A DNA stretch of 64,000 nucleotides from Oopsacas minuta (lineage: Eukaryota > Animalia > Porifera). Positions 22,487 through 34,473 of this stretch are shown here, in pieces (within the stretch, counting starts at the first letter, position 1; each line of letters starts with the position of its first letter). A program made the position numbers and the translations under genes. The notes below the pieces were generated by a model. It had not been told where the DNA came from. It saw only the letters and a list, made by a program, of their open reading frames with translations, and made no database searches. Where the stretch lies: positions 62,001 to 126,000 of the forward strand of contig JAKMXF010000340.1 of assembly GCA_024704765.1 (NCBI GenBank), in the 5' to 3' direction.

Positions 22487-25400
22487 ATGGATACACGTAA
22501 ACTCGTACGGCAAGCTACATTTGGGGACCCTGGTTTAAAGGAAATGCATAAGACGCCATCACAAGATTCTCAAATTTCACGTCAGTCAATCAAAGAGAGC
22601 AAATTGTGCACGATCTCAATCGCATCTTTTCCATTCAAAAAGGACCAAATTTTGCTTGGAAAACCAGCAATAGATGAGCACTATATGGTTGTTAGTAGTC
22701 TGAGTGACGTCGCTGAAACACGTCAAGTGCCTAGCTCCATAGTACACGAATTGACATATAGTTATGTGGAGGATGAACTCAAACATGATGAAAATCATTT
22801 TGATTTCTTGATTAGCAAATTAGCTGAGCCTGACCTCAGAGAGATTATTGATCTCGCAATTGAACAATTGCCTTCAATATTTGATCCCAAATCTTCGCCA
22901 CAAGTGCGAGAAAGGTGACTTTAATAGTAGCGGAGCACTGTCTGGCCAAAAGCATTTGAACGCTTAGCCTTTATTGGCACACGGCAACAATGTCCATTAG
23001 ATTTCGTTGCATACCACCTAATATTCAACATAGTTTTTTTCATGTGCCACTTGCCCCAAAGGTGTTAGCGTGTTCCACTATTTTCGCTAGACAGTTTATT
23101 GTACCAATTAGAAATTAGTGAACTATAATTTCCTATATATACTCTAGAAAGTTTGTATATTCCGCGAGATTAGGAATGTATTAACTTCTCGAGTGTAAAT
23201 AGGATATTAGACCAGAACATCAAGTTTTCCCTTTCGAGCAATGAAAAACCTTTTCAATTGGTCAATAATCAGACCGTTGTGATTAAATTTCCCTCTCCGA
23301 GAGGCTAATCGCGAATAGATTTAGAAATTCTGGGTTTCGCACTGAATATTTGAATTTATTTAATTTTATGGTTGTCTAACAATTCCTATTTCCTTCAGTA
23401 TCTTCCTATTGATAGTCAAACTAGGGAAAACTGAGATTCTAGAATATTTCTATGATAAATGGAGTGAAGAAATCGATTTCTTACGAATAACAGATTCAGA
23501 TGGAAACACATTGTTACATACAGCTGTATTGAATTGTAATAGTGTTACATTCAAAACTGTATTAGATAAAGCAACTGAGATAACAAGTCATGCTTTTACT
23601 TCTGAAAGAGGTAATTTATATTTGGAAATATTTTCCTGGATTAACATACTTGGGTTCTGGCTACCACGACTCCAAATACAGAGAATTAAAATGTAATTAT
23701 CATATTTTACAATCATACCAACTTCCCGCTACTATATATAGTAATATTCCAGTGTATATTCATATTTGCCAAACATCTAAAACAACCGATATCTGATCTA
23801 ATATAACAAAATCTTTCCACCAATATATCATCAAATTTACTGCTTCCAATTTTATGAATCATACTTATCTTATAAACCACATTAAAGACTGGAAAGAACT
23901 AAAAGTATAAATAGAGAAATCCATTTATATATATCCACTTATAATGTGTAATTTTCTCAGAATTTTAGCTATAAATTTCGCGCTTTTCGCGGTCGCTAAT
24001 GGAAGGATTTGTATATCTCAATGTCTAGCAGATAATCTAAGTGATGGTTCGTCAATAAATCTATGTTCATTACAAGATTTAGAGGCCGAAATATGTTTCC
24101 TTGATCCTGGAGAAGTTGTCACATGTGTTTTGGTTATGACACTTATTGTTTGTGTATTTTCCGCGTTTTTTGGTGGTTTAATGGTGTATTTACTTTGTCA
24201 CCCTAAGAAGAGTAAATTTTTCATAATATAAAATTGCGAGTTTGTTATTTGTATTTTGTTATTATTCTTGTAATCATTAGTTATTGTTATGTTTGAGATT
24301 AATATTAATAAATATATTACTAATTATATTTTGTATACCGAAATTCCAACAAAATAGCTCAATTGAACATTCCATAGCATCGGTTTTGTCGAAATAAATA
24401 ACATGTCCTTGTAGTGTAACTTCCATAAACGGAGCCTGTGGAATGGAAACGGTGAACATCTGGGAAAGGAGTGTAATACCAAAGGAGCGAAGTCCTACTC
24501 CAATACGAATATTCCTCCACAAAATGGGAAATTGGCAGAAACGAGGTAGCATTTCGGCGTCCCTCCACCTGTATGTGGAGGTTACACACTGTATGCATAT
24601 ATTTCATTTTTCGAATAATATTACTCTATATATCACCCCATAGGAAACGTGAAGAAATCACACAGCCACTCAACAGAAAAACTCGATCTAACAGACTACA
24701 TAAACACAGCAAACAACGCTGGATATACTGCAATACATTTAGCCGTAGACTTCACATTCAGCCTTGGTATAGAAGTTCTAATACAAAAAGGTGGTGACGT
24801 CACTATTAGTAATAATGAGAATAATACACTATTACATTCAGCTGCTATTAATAATAAAGCTAAATCATTGAGAATTGTTTCTGATACTTTACGTGGTATT
24901 TCAAAGGAAGGAATATTCACTTGGAAACAGGAATTACAGAGGAAGAATGGTATTGGATATATACCGGTTATGTTAGCTACTGAGAAGTCGTCTATAAAGG
25001 TAAATACAGTCAAGCCCTCTCGTTATATCAAGAGGGGACCGCGATAGTTACTTCGATAAAATCGATGTAATATATGTTACTTTGACGGTTTGGGGCCATA
25101 TTTGTACAATCTCAGATTTCGATATACGCGGGCATTTCTATATATCCGTGTCCGATATAAACGGAAATTGACTGTACAATGAAAATTTTTTCACAGCGAT
25201 TCGTTTGTTTTATAAGTAAACGAATTTATAGACTGTACCGATCTCGAATTCATACCCCAAGTAGTGCGAATATTCATCAGAAAAGCTTTATACAGTCATC
25301 TCCCGTTATAACGAAGTCTGAAAATCATACAAAAATTTCTTGGAATTTTAGAAAAGTTCCAAAATTTCCAAGTTTTACATCCATAATTACCAATTTCAAG

Positions 25401-28400
25401 CATTTATTTGGGAAAAGGCAATATATAAATCGTACAAATATGGTCACACCCCGTTCCTTGAGCTTCGACATAACGGGAGTAAACTAACTGTTTTTTTATA
25501 TAATTTACGCATATATCGTTTAGATACTTCTAGAATATTCTAATCTTGAAGAACACGTACATGATGAACACGGCAACCTGCTACACTGGGCTACAGCTAA
25601 TAACAGAACACATTTAATAACGTTATTACTCGAGCAAGAACATATAGAGTTAGAACAAGAGAATGAGAGAGGATTAACCCCTTTATGTATTGCATCGCGA
25701 TGGGGATATATGTTGATAACTGAATCTCTGTTGAAAGCAGGGACGAAGCCGAATTTTGTATGTTCTACAGGTTTGTGTTTGTTTCTATTAGTTCACTGAA
25801 TTTCCTTTGCCAATTGATTTATGTCGAATCCCCAAGCGATATATTTTGCTTGATTGGGTCGCTTGACCAGAAACAGGACCATGTACAGTTTTACTAGGAA
25901 TTCGCTCTATATATTATCACTCCGTTTCCAGAAGTTCCCCGTTCCACAGGCACCGTTTGTGGAGGTTACACTGTAATTCAAAACTCGCCAAAAAATCCCT
26001 GATTTAAATAAACTGCCCAGGACTTGAGTTTCCATATCAAAACTATCAGAAAAATACATACAAATTCCCGCTAACACATTTCCAACATATATTTAGGTCT
26101 GACTGCAATGAACTATGCTTGTCAATACGGACATAGTGAGGTAGTAGAGTATTTACTGCAACTTGGAGCTGAACTTAATTCTGATGAAATGGAGAATTCT
26201 GCTCTACACTCTGCTATATATGGCGGTCAGGTTGAGATTTCTAAGTGAGTTTTACCTCTGAGTTATCAACTGGGGTTTCCAGGATTGTGGACGCTCTTTT
26301 AGGCATAGGAATTACAGTCAAATCCTGTTATATCTAAGCTCAAGGCACCGCGATAATTACTTCGATATATCCGGTGAAATATATGTTTCTTTCAAGATTT
26401 GGGGGCCTTATTTGTACAATTTCAGACGTCGATAAAGCTGATATTTCGCTGTATCACTGTTCGATATAATAGGGGTTGACCTTGATAGAAACTACAGTAC
26501 ATTTGTGAAGTAGAATCTGTTAGTATTTATCAGGCTACTAAAAGTGTGATAATTTCAATTTCCATCCTATAACTCGTTGTTACATATTTCATGGATTTCG
26601 TAGGTAAATTCCTGAAGAGTAATTGTCTTGTCACTGGAATTAATTCGAAATATTTTACATTTTCATTGTTGTTTACTGATGGCTTCAAGTGTTTACGTAA
26701 TTCACGTGCATCTCACAATCACTGAGTATGCACTTAAATTTCGCCAATAAATACCAAATATTCCGCATAATTCTATTAACTCCAATACCAGCGACTTCAT
26801 AATGGCTAAAAAATCCTGTCTCAATCTCAGCTTCGATCAATCAATCAATACTGAACCAGAAGATGTAGGAGAGTTCCTGAGAGCATTTCAGTTGAGTAGC
26901 ACTTATTCGGAAAATAAATTCGCGGCGAAACACACTACAAGTTCTCATGGGCTAGAACTGGCTGATCACCTTAAGCGGCCTGTCACAGGAAAAATGGGAT
27001 TCTTATATCACCACCATGGCATATACGTTGGAAATGGCCATGTGATAGATTTCAATGATGTAGGTGTTCGTATGAAATCATTAAATGAATTCTTAGACGG
27101 ACATGAGAACGAATGTGAAATAGTATATACAAGACGTAACTTTTCGCGTAAAGAGATTTGTCATCGCGCATTTGCCTTATTCACGGGTGAGGAGAAATTT
27201 GGCAGCTACAATTCTGCGGTAAATAACTGCGAACATTTCGCCATTTACTGTATAACAGGTGAAAAGTCTTCTAGCCAAACTGACAACACGATTTCTGGCA
27301 TACTTAACCTGGCCGGTTTATTTGGGAAAATCCTCTTAGATGCTGTTCTAGATTCTGATTCAGACTAACGAATGACAGCTCCGTAGCACTTAGAAACAGT
27401 ATAATGTTTGTAGTATTTATCTCTAGTATAACTAGCTGCTCTTAGAGCTATGTGTAGGATCGTTACGATCATTAGTATTTTTGTATGACAGATATTTCTA
27501 TTAGATTCTAGATTCTAATAAATATTTACAAAATTGAGTTTATAGTACACAAAGGGAAGTAAGGATTCCTATGGTTACATCATGTTGTCCACCAGTAACA
27601 AACACGGTAGGTAGTTGAACGTGGCATTTATAGAAATATCTGTCCGTACCTACAGAAATCTAAGCCCTTAATGGGAATATTTGAAATACGTACAACTCAA
27701 TTCCTTAGGTATCTGCTAGATGTTCATCACATTGATCCAAACCTGTACAAATCAAAAGGCACTCCATTATATGAAGCAATCAAAGGCGGTTTGTTATGCT
27801 TTTATTAGTTGAAACTATAGTCATTGATAATATAGAAAACATTGTATAAGCACGTAATATATGCGAAAGGTAATTTCGACGTACAGTTTCACATTCCTGA
27901 CAAATAATAGGAAAATATTCCCCTTTATTTTCATTAAGACAAAACAATCCTATATTTGATTGGGATCTCACCTGTCGTCATATGGACTTTGACGACAAGT
28001 GAGATTAAACAACATGACCAAACGTGGCGAATAATGACCTCTCTGAACCAACAACTTGGCTTGGGGTTGACGTGATACAAATTTTTGAGAGTTTGAGCCA
28101 AGTAATTAACATATATCCAGTTATTTAAGTTGCTTTTATTAACCAGGTCGCACACCCTGTGTAAAGCTCCTACTAAAGCATGGAGCTAATCCACAACTAT
28201 CTCTTGACGTTCATGGGTTTCGTCCGTTGCATGCTGCTATAAAGAATAATCAGAGACAGGCAGTTAAACTGTTGCTACAGTTTGGTGCTGGTGCAGATGA
28301 AACAATGTTTGGAGGTGTTACTCCTGCTATTTTAGCTGCAGAGAATGATCAAGCTAATCTCCTGTCTCTTCTAATGGATGAAGGAATAAGTATTACCAAA

Positions 28401-30756
28401 ACAGATGATTTAGGTATGTGTAGTAACCGAAATTATTAACAAAGGAAAATGGGGCTATTTACTGTGCCGAATCTATATTATAGTTGCCCCGTGCATTTGT
28501 TTTTTCACATTCGCTCTACAACACACATCTTGAAAAGGTTTGAGGGAATATTGTGCGAGCGTAGGGTGCAAAAAATTAAATTAAAATCTGTGCCGACAGC
28601 ATTTGTATGTTAACATAATGCTAGGGCGTAACTAGCATTGAGGCAGAGGAGGCAGCTGCCTCATCTCCGCAGGATGCATTTGTGTGGATGTTTGCATTAT
28701 GGGAGTCCCAATTACCGAAAATAACGAAATGAAATTCGTTCAATTCTAAGTTCTTTATCGCGTGGATAGAACTGTATTTATTCAATACTATCCTATAGGT
28801 AATACAATATTACACCACATAGCAATGAATGAGGCTTACCACTGTGCTGAATATCTAGCACAACGTGCAGGAGAGTACAAAGAATGGGAGAGTTCCATCT
28901 ACGAGACTAAAAACTCTCAAAATCTTACTCCAATAGATATTGCACTATCAAAGAAAGAAGAACACATTCTTTCACTATTCATGTCTCTGACACCTGGAGA
29001 ATTTTTCACAGAACATCCTGAAACAATTCATGAACTATACGATCAAAAATATTACACAATTATTAAAGGAATAATCGGTAAAATGATAAAATCGACTTCA
29101 CCGAATTATGTCTTATCCACAAAGTTTTTGGAGTCGAATGCCTTAGGCCAATACCCAACTGACCCAGGTTTCAAACGTTTTGAGGCAACTTTACTGCATA
29201 AACTTCGCGATTGCCCTGATCCAGAGATAAAATACCATCCTATGCTGAACGCAGTCGTCACAGAGAAATTACGTATGTATAACTGGTGGTATTTTGTATC
29301 ATTCATCTTTTACGTCATCTTTATGGTATGCTTGTCCTATTCGCTTTATCACAGTAGTATACATTGTGATTACCTGTTGTTGTATCCAAGAGGTTTGACT
29401 AATGCATACGAAATTGGACGTCTTGGTTGCGAATTATATGTACTTCTCTACGGTTTATTCTTTGCTTTGAGTGAAATATTCGAGTTTTTCATTGAATGGC
29501 AACAGACATATAAAGAGAAAGGTCTTAAACACAAATTAAAACTCGAGAATTACATTCAAAAATGGACTTTTCGGGAAAGAAGGCTACCTTCTGATGCCTC
29601 GGAAATTAGCTACTTGCAATATTTACTGAATGCAGTGAAGATCTTTGAAATTATAGATCGTTTTTCCCTCTACTTCTTCAGTAGTGTGATTTCCTTCTAT
29701 GATGCTTTCAACTTGTTCGACTCATCATCTGTAATATTCTTCATACTTTTGGTGGTTTTTCGTGCCCTCCAAATGCCGATTCAGTGGTTTTGTGCGTCAT
29801 TGGCTTTCATATCATTTTCACTATCTCTTTTCAAATACACGCGTATTTTCCCTTCGCTTGGCTCATATGTACAGAGTATTATCCGTATTTATAAAATAGA
29901 CATTCCACGTTACGCTAGTATAGTTGTAATTTTGCTCATAGCTTTCTATGGTGGAATACATCTTGCTTCGCGTCAAGGTCAAATAACACTGGAATCATTC
30001 GGGCCTGTCAGTGACGATTCACTTTGTAATGCGTCCGAACAAGCCTTCTATTGGATACCTAGCCAATATAACGGCGAGACACAAGTGTATCAACCTCGTC
30101 TTTCTCTCATTGCCGGGATTATTTTCCTGTTGGATGGCGGTCCAAGCGAGTATCAAGAGGGACTCAAGGATACCAGTACTCTCTTCATAATCATATATTT
30201 TCTAATGGCATTTACTATAATAATTGTCATGTCGAATGTTTTGATTGCACAGTTAACTCAAACATATTCAAACATTATAAAACTCGACAAATTCCATTAT
30301 AAGATTGATCTGGTAGTGACTTTTGAGTTGAAATCGAATTTATCACTTTTCTTCGGAAAATACACCAGAAGTTTGACGTCATTTAACCAAATGATAGTGC
30401 CGGTACATATCTGGAATGCAATGCGTGAAGAGAGCCCTGAAAAGGAGAGTGACATAAAAATCAGTGAAATATTAAACAGGGTAAATAAGGGTGCGGACAG
30501 ATTACGAGACGATTCATTGAAAATGTTCCGTATTGAGGATAATTTAGAAACTATTACAATTCATCTACAGGAGTTAACTGAGGATGTTGTAGCTCATCGT
30601 GGTAGTTCAAGTCAAAAAGGTGAGAAAATCTCACAGCCCAAACAGCCTATTTTAGCTCGTGCGCCTACAATACAATCCTTTGGTTATGAGAAGCGTATTG
30701 AAGCGATTGAGAAGAAATTGGATCAGATTATTTTGCGGTTACCCTCGCTAACTTAA
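22487..30756 (+). CDS. TRPA-like ankyrin-repeat cation channel (about 13 ankyrin repeats, 6 TM), 9 exons
   Basis: In-frame exons: 22487-22914, 23399-23610, 24644-24999, 25524-25770, 26097-26244, 27709-27788, 28147-28413, 28799-30756 (eight resolved; the count of nine in the call is not confirmed). Ankyrin motifs (GNTLLHTAV, GYTAIHLAV, GLTPLCIAS, GFRPLHAAI); pre-S1 YHPML...EKL; S3 FNLFD; S4-S5 FKYTRIFPSLGSYV; S6 IIIVMSNVLIAQLTQTY; C-terminal coiled coil. Confidence 0.88.
23944..24231 (+). CDS. Putative small type I membrane protein (95 aa) nested in intron 2 of the TRP gene
   Basis: ATG start; signal-peptide-like MCNFLRILAINFALFAVANG; short Cys-containing ectodomain; strongly hydrophobic TM (VVTCVLVMTLIVCVFSAFFGGLMVYLLC); basic stop-transfer HPKKSK. 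No homologue recognised. Confidence 0.55.
   Translation: MCNFLRILAINFALFAVANGRICISQCLADNLSDGSSINLCSLQDLEAEICFLDPGEVVTCVLVMTLIVCVFSAFFGGLMVYLLCHPKKSKFFII
24412..24592. mobile_element. MITE family B copy (reverse orientation) in TRP intron 2
   Basis: TAGTGTAACTTCCATAAACGG at the left end and GTATGTGGAGGTTACACACTG at the right end; internal sequence is complementary to the other B copies. Confidence 0.7.
25005..25177. mobile_element. MITE family A complete copy in TRP intron 3
   Basis: TACAGTCAAG...AATTGACTGTA ends; starts 5 nt after the splice donor. Confidence 0.8.
25291..25491. mobile_element. MITE family A copy, second in TRP intron 3
   Basis: TACAGTCATCTCCCGTTATAACGAAG...CCTTGAGCTTCGACATAACGGGAGT. 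Confidence 0.72.
26313..26482. mobile_element. MITE family A copy upstream of the nested LRAT ORF
   Basis: TACAGTCAAATCCTGTTATATC...CTCAAGGCACCGCGATAATTACTTCG...TTTGTACAATTTCAGA...GGGGTTGAC. Confidence 0.75.
26802..27368 (+). CDS. LRAT-domain (PLAAT/HRASLS-type, permuted NlpC/P60) phospholipase/acyltransferase, intronless, nested in the TRP intron at 26245-27708
   Basis: H-box YHHHGIYVGNGHVIDF and catalytic YNSAVNNCEHFAIYCITG (NCEHF) are both intact; 188 aa. Confidence 0.92.
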   Translation: MAKKSCLNLSFDQSINTEPEDVGEFLRAFQLSSTYSENKFAAKHTTSSHGLELADHLKRPVTGKMGFLYHHHGIYVGNGHVIDFNDVGVRMKSLNEFLDGHENECEIVYTRRNFSRKEICHRAFALFTGEEKFGSYNSAVNNCEHFAIYCITGEKSSSQTDNTISGILNLAGLFGKILLDAVLDSDSD

Positions 30757-31029
30757 TTTTATATATTTATCAATTTTATAACATTCTTTCGACAATCGTA
30801 GGAACTTTGACACTCTTTAGTTTGGCTATCTCCATTCACTTGTTATTTTCTTTACCCATTTTATTTATATTTTATACTTTTCTGCGAAGTTTAGAACATT
30901 TTTATCTACATATTATTATGGGCTCTGTATTTTAGTGCCCAAACTCACCCTACGTGCCGTGCCCGGTTTCTGCTTATTTAAACCGAAATCATTTGTAATT
31001 CTACATTTTACTCGATTTTGTTAGTAAAA

Positions 31030-34000
31030 ATGCACAAATTCGCCAAAGAGAAAAAGATTGGAGAAGGTGCTTTCGGCAAAGCATGGCTCGTCCATAAGAA
31101 AGATGACTTAAATGCCAGATTTGTAATAAAAGAAGTGAACATGTCCAAAATGAGTCATCGTGAAAAAGACGATGCTCGGAACGAAATTACAGTTCTTTCC
31201 CAAATGAAACATCCAAACATCGTTTCCTATCAGGGCTCCTTTGAAGAAGCAGGAGCACTATACATCCTTATGGAGTATTGCGATGGCGGTGATCTACACA
31301 CAAAAATATCTAGTCTCAAAAACCAACTATTTGAGGAAGACCAGATAGTGAATTGGTTTGTCCAATTATGCCTTGGAATAAAACACATACACGACCGTAA
31401 AATACTCCACCGTGATATCAAAACTCAGAATATTTTCCTAAATCGTCAGGCTACCATAGTCAAAGTTGGCGATTTCGGCATTTCAAAGGTGATGAATTCT
31501 ACGGTAGAATTAGCCCGCACTTGCATTGGCACTCCATATTACCTTTCCCCGGAAATTTGCGAAGGACGTCCTTATAACCATAAGAGTGATGTATGGTCAT
31601 TAGGCTGTGTTCTATACGAACTTGTCTCACTGAAACATGCATTTGAAGCTGGAAATATGAACAATTTAGTATTGAAAATCATCAAAGGTAGTTATCCTGC
31701 CTTGCCAACGAAGTATAGTAAAGATTTACGAAATTTAGTTGGTCTTTTGTTGAAAAGACACCCAAAGGACCGCCCGAATGTCAACGAAATTTTGAAAACA
31801 ACCCTCATCAAGGCACGCATCGAAAAATTCCTTTCAGAAACTCTTTTGGATAGAGAGTTTAGCCATACAGTTTTGCACCGTAAAAAGCCTGCTGCATTTG
31901 GAGTGAAAGGTGTCGCAGAAATTGGCGTCTCAAACTCCGAACAGGCTGTAAATGCATTCAAAATCCCGGCTAAATACGCTAAGCCTATTGAGCATAAGTT
32001 TGTTATGCCAAAAGAACGTATGTATAAACCTGATGCTATCTACGGTGCACCTATCGTTCCCAGGGCAAAATTACAACTCAATAAGCCCAAACCTTTCGCT
32101 ATTCCGCCGCCAAACTTGGCACAGTTTAACGCAGCTAAAAAACGGCGCTTAGAATTGGAGGCACAAGAAAACAAACGTAGAGCTCTCCTACAGGTAAAAA
32201 GAGATAATCTTGAGAAACAAAAATTATTACATGAAAACATAGTAAAACGACAACACCAAAATGTAAAGAATAAGGCACGTGAAGTGGGTTGGCGAAATAC
32301 CCTCAAAGATGCTTTGGGAGCACAGGCAAAAGATGTTGAAAAATCAAAGTCTAAAGAATCAGTTATCCCTGTGGAGAATAAAGCAGTAAAGTTCCCACAG
32401 AATAAAGAAGAATTGAACATAGCCGGTATGGCGAAACAGGGTGGAGCTGATGCAGTGAATCGTGCACAAGTTGTACAGGAATTCATTGCCAGACGTCAAG
32501 AAGCTGCGAAAATAAAAGCCAGAAATGATGGATTGATTTTCGGTGGCCCTACACATGCGAAAAGCCCAAGACAATATGTGGGTAATCCACAACAGGCTAA
32601 ACAACAAGTTGAAGCTGATTATCTTGCACAACTTGAAGGCATAAGGCTCCAAAATTTTGAAGAACGCAAACGCAAATTGAATCAACAACCAATAATTCAG
32701 ATCCCAAAACCAATTGACAATCCGTTTATCCCCAAAGATGAAAAGCTGAAAGATCAAAATGATCAGCCATTGATTGCTCGTATAAAAAGCGAAGTAGAAT
32801 CAAAATCACCTCTAAAACTTCCTTACAGTTCAAAATCTCCTGTAGCTGTGCGTAAGAGTGAAAATCGCAACCGATGGGGTCCACCCTCAAAACCAATTAT
32901 CTCTGCCAAATTTGAATGTACAGGGTCACAAATGGAGGCCACACACGCTGTGCCTAATGAAGTATACATATCGCAAGAAAAATTGGCTACAGACATAGTG
33001 CCAGAAAGCAATAGGGGTAAATGGGCACGACCAACCAACACGATTCTGAATCGCCTAGATTCTATAAATTTGGTCGAAACTGCACTTTCTGAACTGAAAA
33101 TTGAGGAATTTCGTGAGGAATTTAATGATCCAGAACTTCAAAGAGATGAGATGGAAAATAGAGATAAAACTGAGGAGAATTTGCATGAAATGTCCAAAAC
33201 CTATATATGCCCCAAAAATGACGATAACGGTAACGATGACAATACTGAAGATACTCTCAAAATTGAAGATTTCGAAAATGAAGCAACTTCTATCAACGCT
33301 GTCGAACAAGATAACAATCATCCAGTTGAAATATTGACATTGGAGGGATTGCCTTGTATTCCAACTGACCCTCCGCAACCTGAAGACCCCGATAAACTAA
33401 CCTCTCAAGAAGATAATCCAATAGACATTGTCAGTGAAATAATACAATATGCTATCCAAGGAATAGATCAGCCAATTGCTAATTCCAACCATTCACCTGA
33501 AAATGATAAAAATAACTTAATAACACTCACAATCGATACTCAAACGAATGAACTTGATTTCATTCAAAATCTAGTAGATAACATTATCTCAACGGCCCCA
33601 CTGCTTATAGCCAAATCACCAACCGACGATCTACTAACCGATGAGGACCAAATGACATTTGTAGTAAACGAAGATATAACAAGTGAACAAGGTGCACTGT
33701 CTCATATAGCATTGGAATCAGTTAACAAGTGCAATCTCTGGGATAGAAACATACAATTGAGTGATGATGAAGTTGGATCAGAAGGAAATACAGATGTAGA
33801 ACAGCTGTTTAAAGAAATGGAAGCAACTGGTGAGAGTTACGAATGCTTTAGAGAGTATTCTAAGTACCTTGAGGATGTATCTGTGAACTCTGACCTTGAA
33901 TACGAAGTATCTGACCTTTCTGGGGATATACAGTCAAGTCCGTGTAGTGCACACGCTAATGAAGTCCACGAAACAACCTCAATGCCTAATCTTCAAGATC

Positions 34001-34473
34001 TATTCCCGCCTGCTCCGAATTGTACCCGAAGCGTTTCAAACACTGATTTAGAACTTGGGTTAGTCGATCTTGTTGAGTATGATGACGATTCTAATGATGA
34101 ATTTCATAGTTTGCTTGAGACGATGCGCGACCTACTGGAAGAACCTGTGGACAGCGAGGGACAATTTTCGACCGATTCTGAATCAGATTCCTCTGACGAT
34201 GATATGAATGCATTGAGTATATATGGCATATTAGAAAAATCACGTATTGAACTTGAAAAGAAAGTCGAACCATCCAAATTAATGAACGCATACAACCTTC
34301 TACATAGTTCAAACAGTTTAGAGTCACTCACAAGTGAAGAAGAGTTAAAAACACAAACTCAACTAATTTCAACGATAATCGGTGGAAAAGATGACGTAAA
34401 CGATGCTCTACTGCAATTAACCATAGCAGATTTGACTTATTTGACAGTTGACAGTCAGGATTCTACGATGTAG
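31030..34473 (+). CDS. NEK1: NIMA-related kinase NEK1, intronless, about 1147 aa
   Basis: IGEGAFGKA, VIKE, QMKHPNIV, HDRKILHRDIKTQNIFL, DFG, CIGTPYYLSPEICE-x-RPYNHKSDVWSLGC, HAFEAGNMNNLVLKII; central coiled coils; NEK1-type C-terminal helical domain (LEKSRIELEKKV...LLQLTIAD). First ATG at 31030. Confidence 0.93.
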   Translation: MHKFAKEKKIGEGAFGKAWLVHKKDDLNARFVIKEVNMSKMSHREKDDARNEITVLSQMKHPNIVSYQGSFEEAGALYILMEYCDGGDLHTKISSLKNQLFEEDQIVNWFVQLCLGIKHIHDRKILHRDIKTQNIFLNRQATIVKVGDFGISKVMNSTVELARTCIGTPYYLSPEICEGRPYNHKSDVWSLGCVLYELVSLKHAFEAGNMNNLVLKIIKGSYPALPTKYSKDLRNLVGLLLKRHPKDRPNVNEILKTTLIKARIEKFLSETLLDREFSHTVLHRKKPAAFGVKGVAEIGVSNSEQAVNAFKIPAKYAKPIEHKFVMPKERMYKPDAIYGAPIVPRAKLQLNKPKPFAIPPPNLAQFNAAKKRRLELEAQENKRRALLQVKRDNLEKQKLLHENIVKRQHQNVKNKAREVGWRNTLKDALGAQAKDVEKSKSKESVIPVENKAVKFPQNKEELNIAGMAKQGGADAVNRAQVVQEFIARRQEAAKIKARNDGLIFGGPTHAKSPRQYVGNPQQAKQQVEADYLAQLEGIRLQNFEERKRKLNQQPIIQIPKPIDNPFIPKDEKLKDQNDQPLIARIKSEVESKSPLKLPYSSKSPVAVRKSENRNRWGPPSKPIISAKFECTGSQMEATHAVPNEVYISQEKLATDIVPESNRGKWARPTNTILNRLDSINLVETALSELKIEEFREEFNDPELQRDEMENRDKTEENLHEMSKTYICPKNDDNGNDDNTEDTLKIEDFENEATSINAVEQDNNHPVEILTLEGLPCIPTDPPQPEDPDKLTSQEDNPIDIVSEIIQYAIQGIDQPIANSNHSPENDKNNLITLTIDTQTNELDFIQNLVDNIISTAPLLIAKSPTDDLLTDEDQMTFVVNEDITSEQGALSHIALESVNKCNLWDRNIQLSDDEVGSEGNTDVEQLFKEMEATGESYECFREYSKYLEDVSVNSDLEYEVSDLSGDIQSSPCSAHANEVHETTSMPNLQDLFPPAPNCTRSVSNTDLELGLVDLVEYDDDSNDEFHSLLETMRDLLEEPVDSEGQFSTDSESDSSDDDMNALSIYGILEKSRIELEKKVEPSKLMNAYNLLHSSNSLESLTSEEELKTQTQLISTIIGGKDDVNDALLQLTIADLTYLTVDSQDSTM

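Noticed and set aside
24277-25487. ORFs 24277-24552, 24359-24607, 24443-24643 and 25179-25487 as further nested genes
   Set aside because: They overlap MITE B and A copies and lack coherent protein features, unlike 23944-24231.
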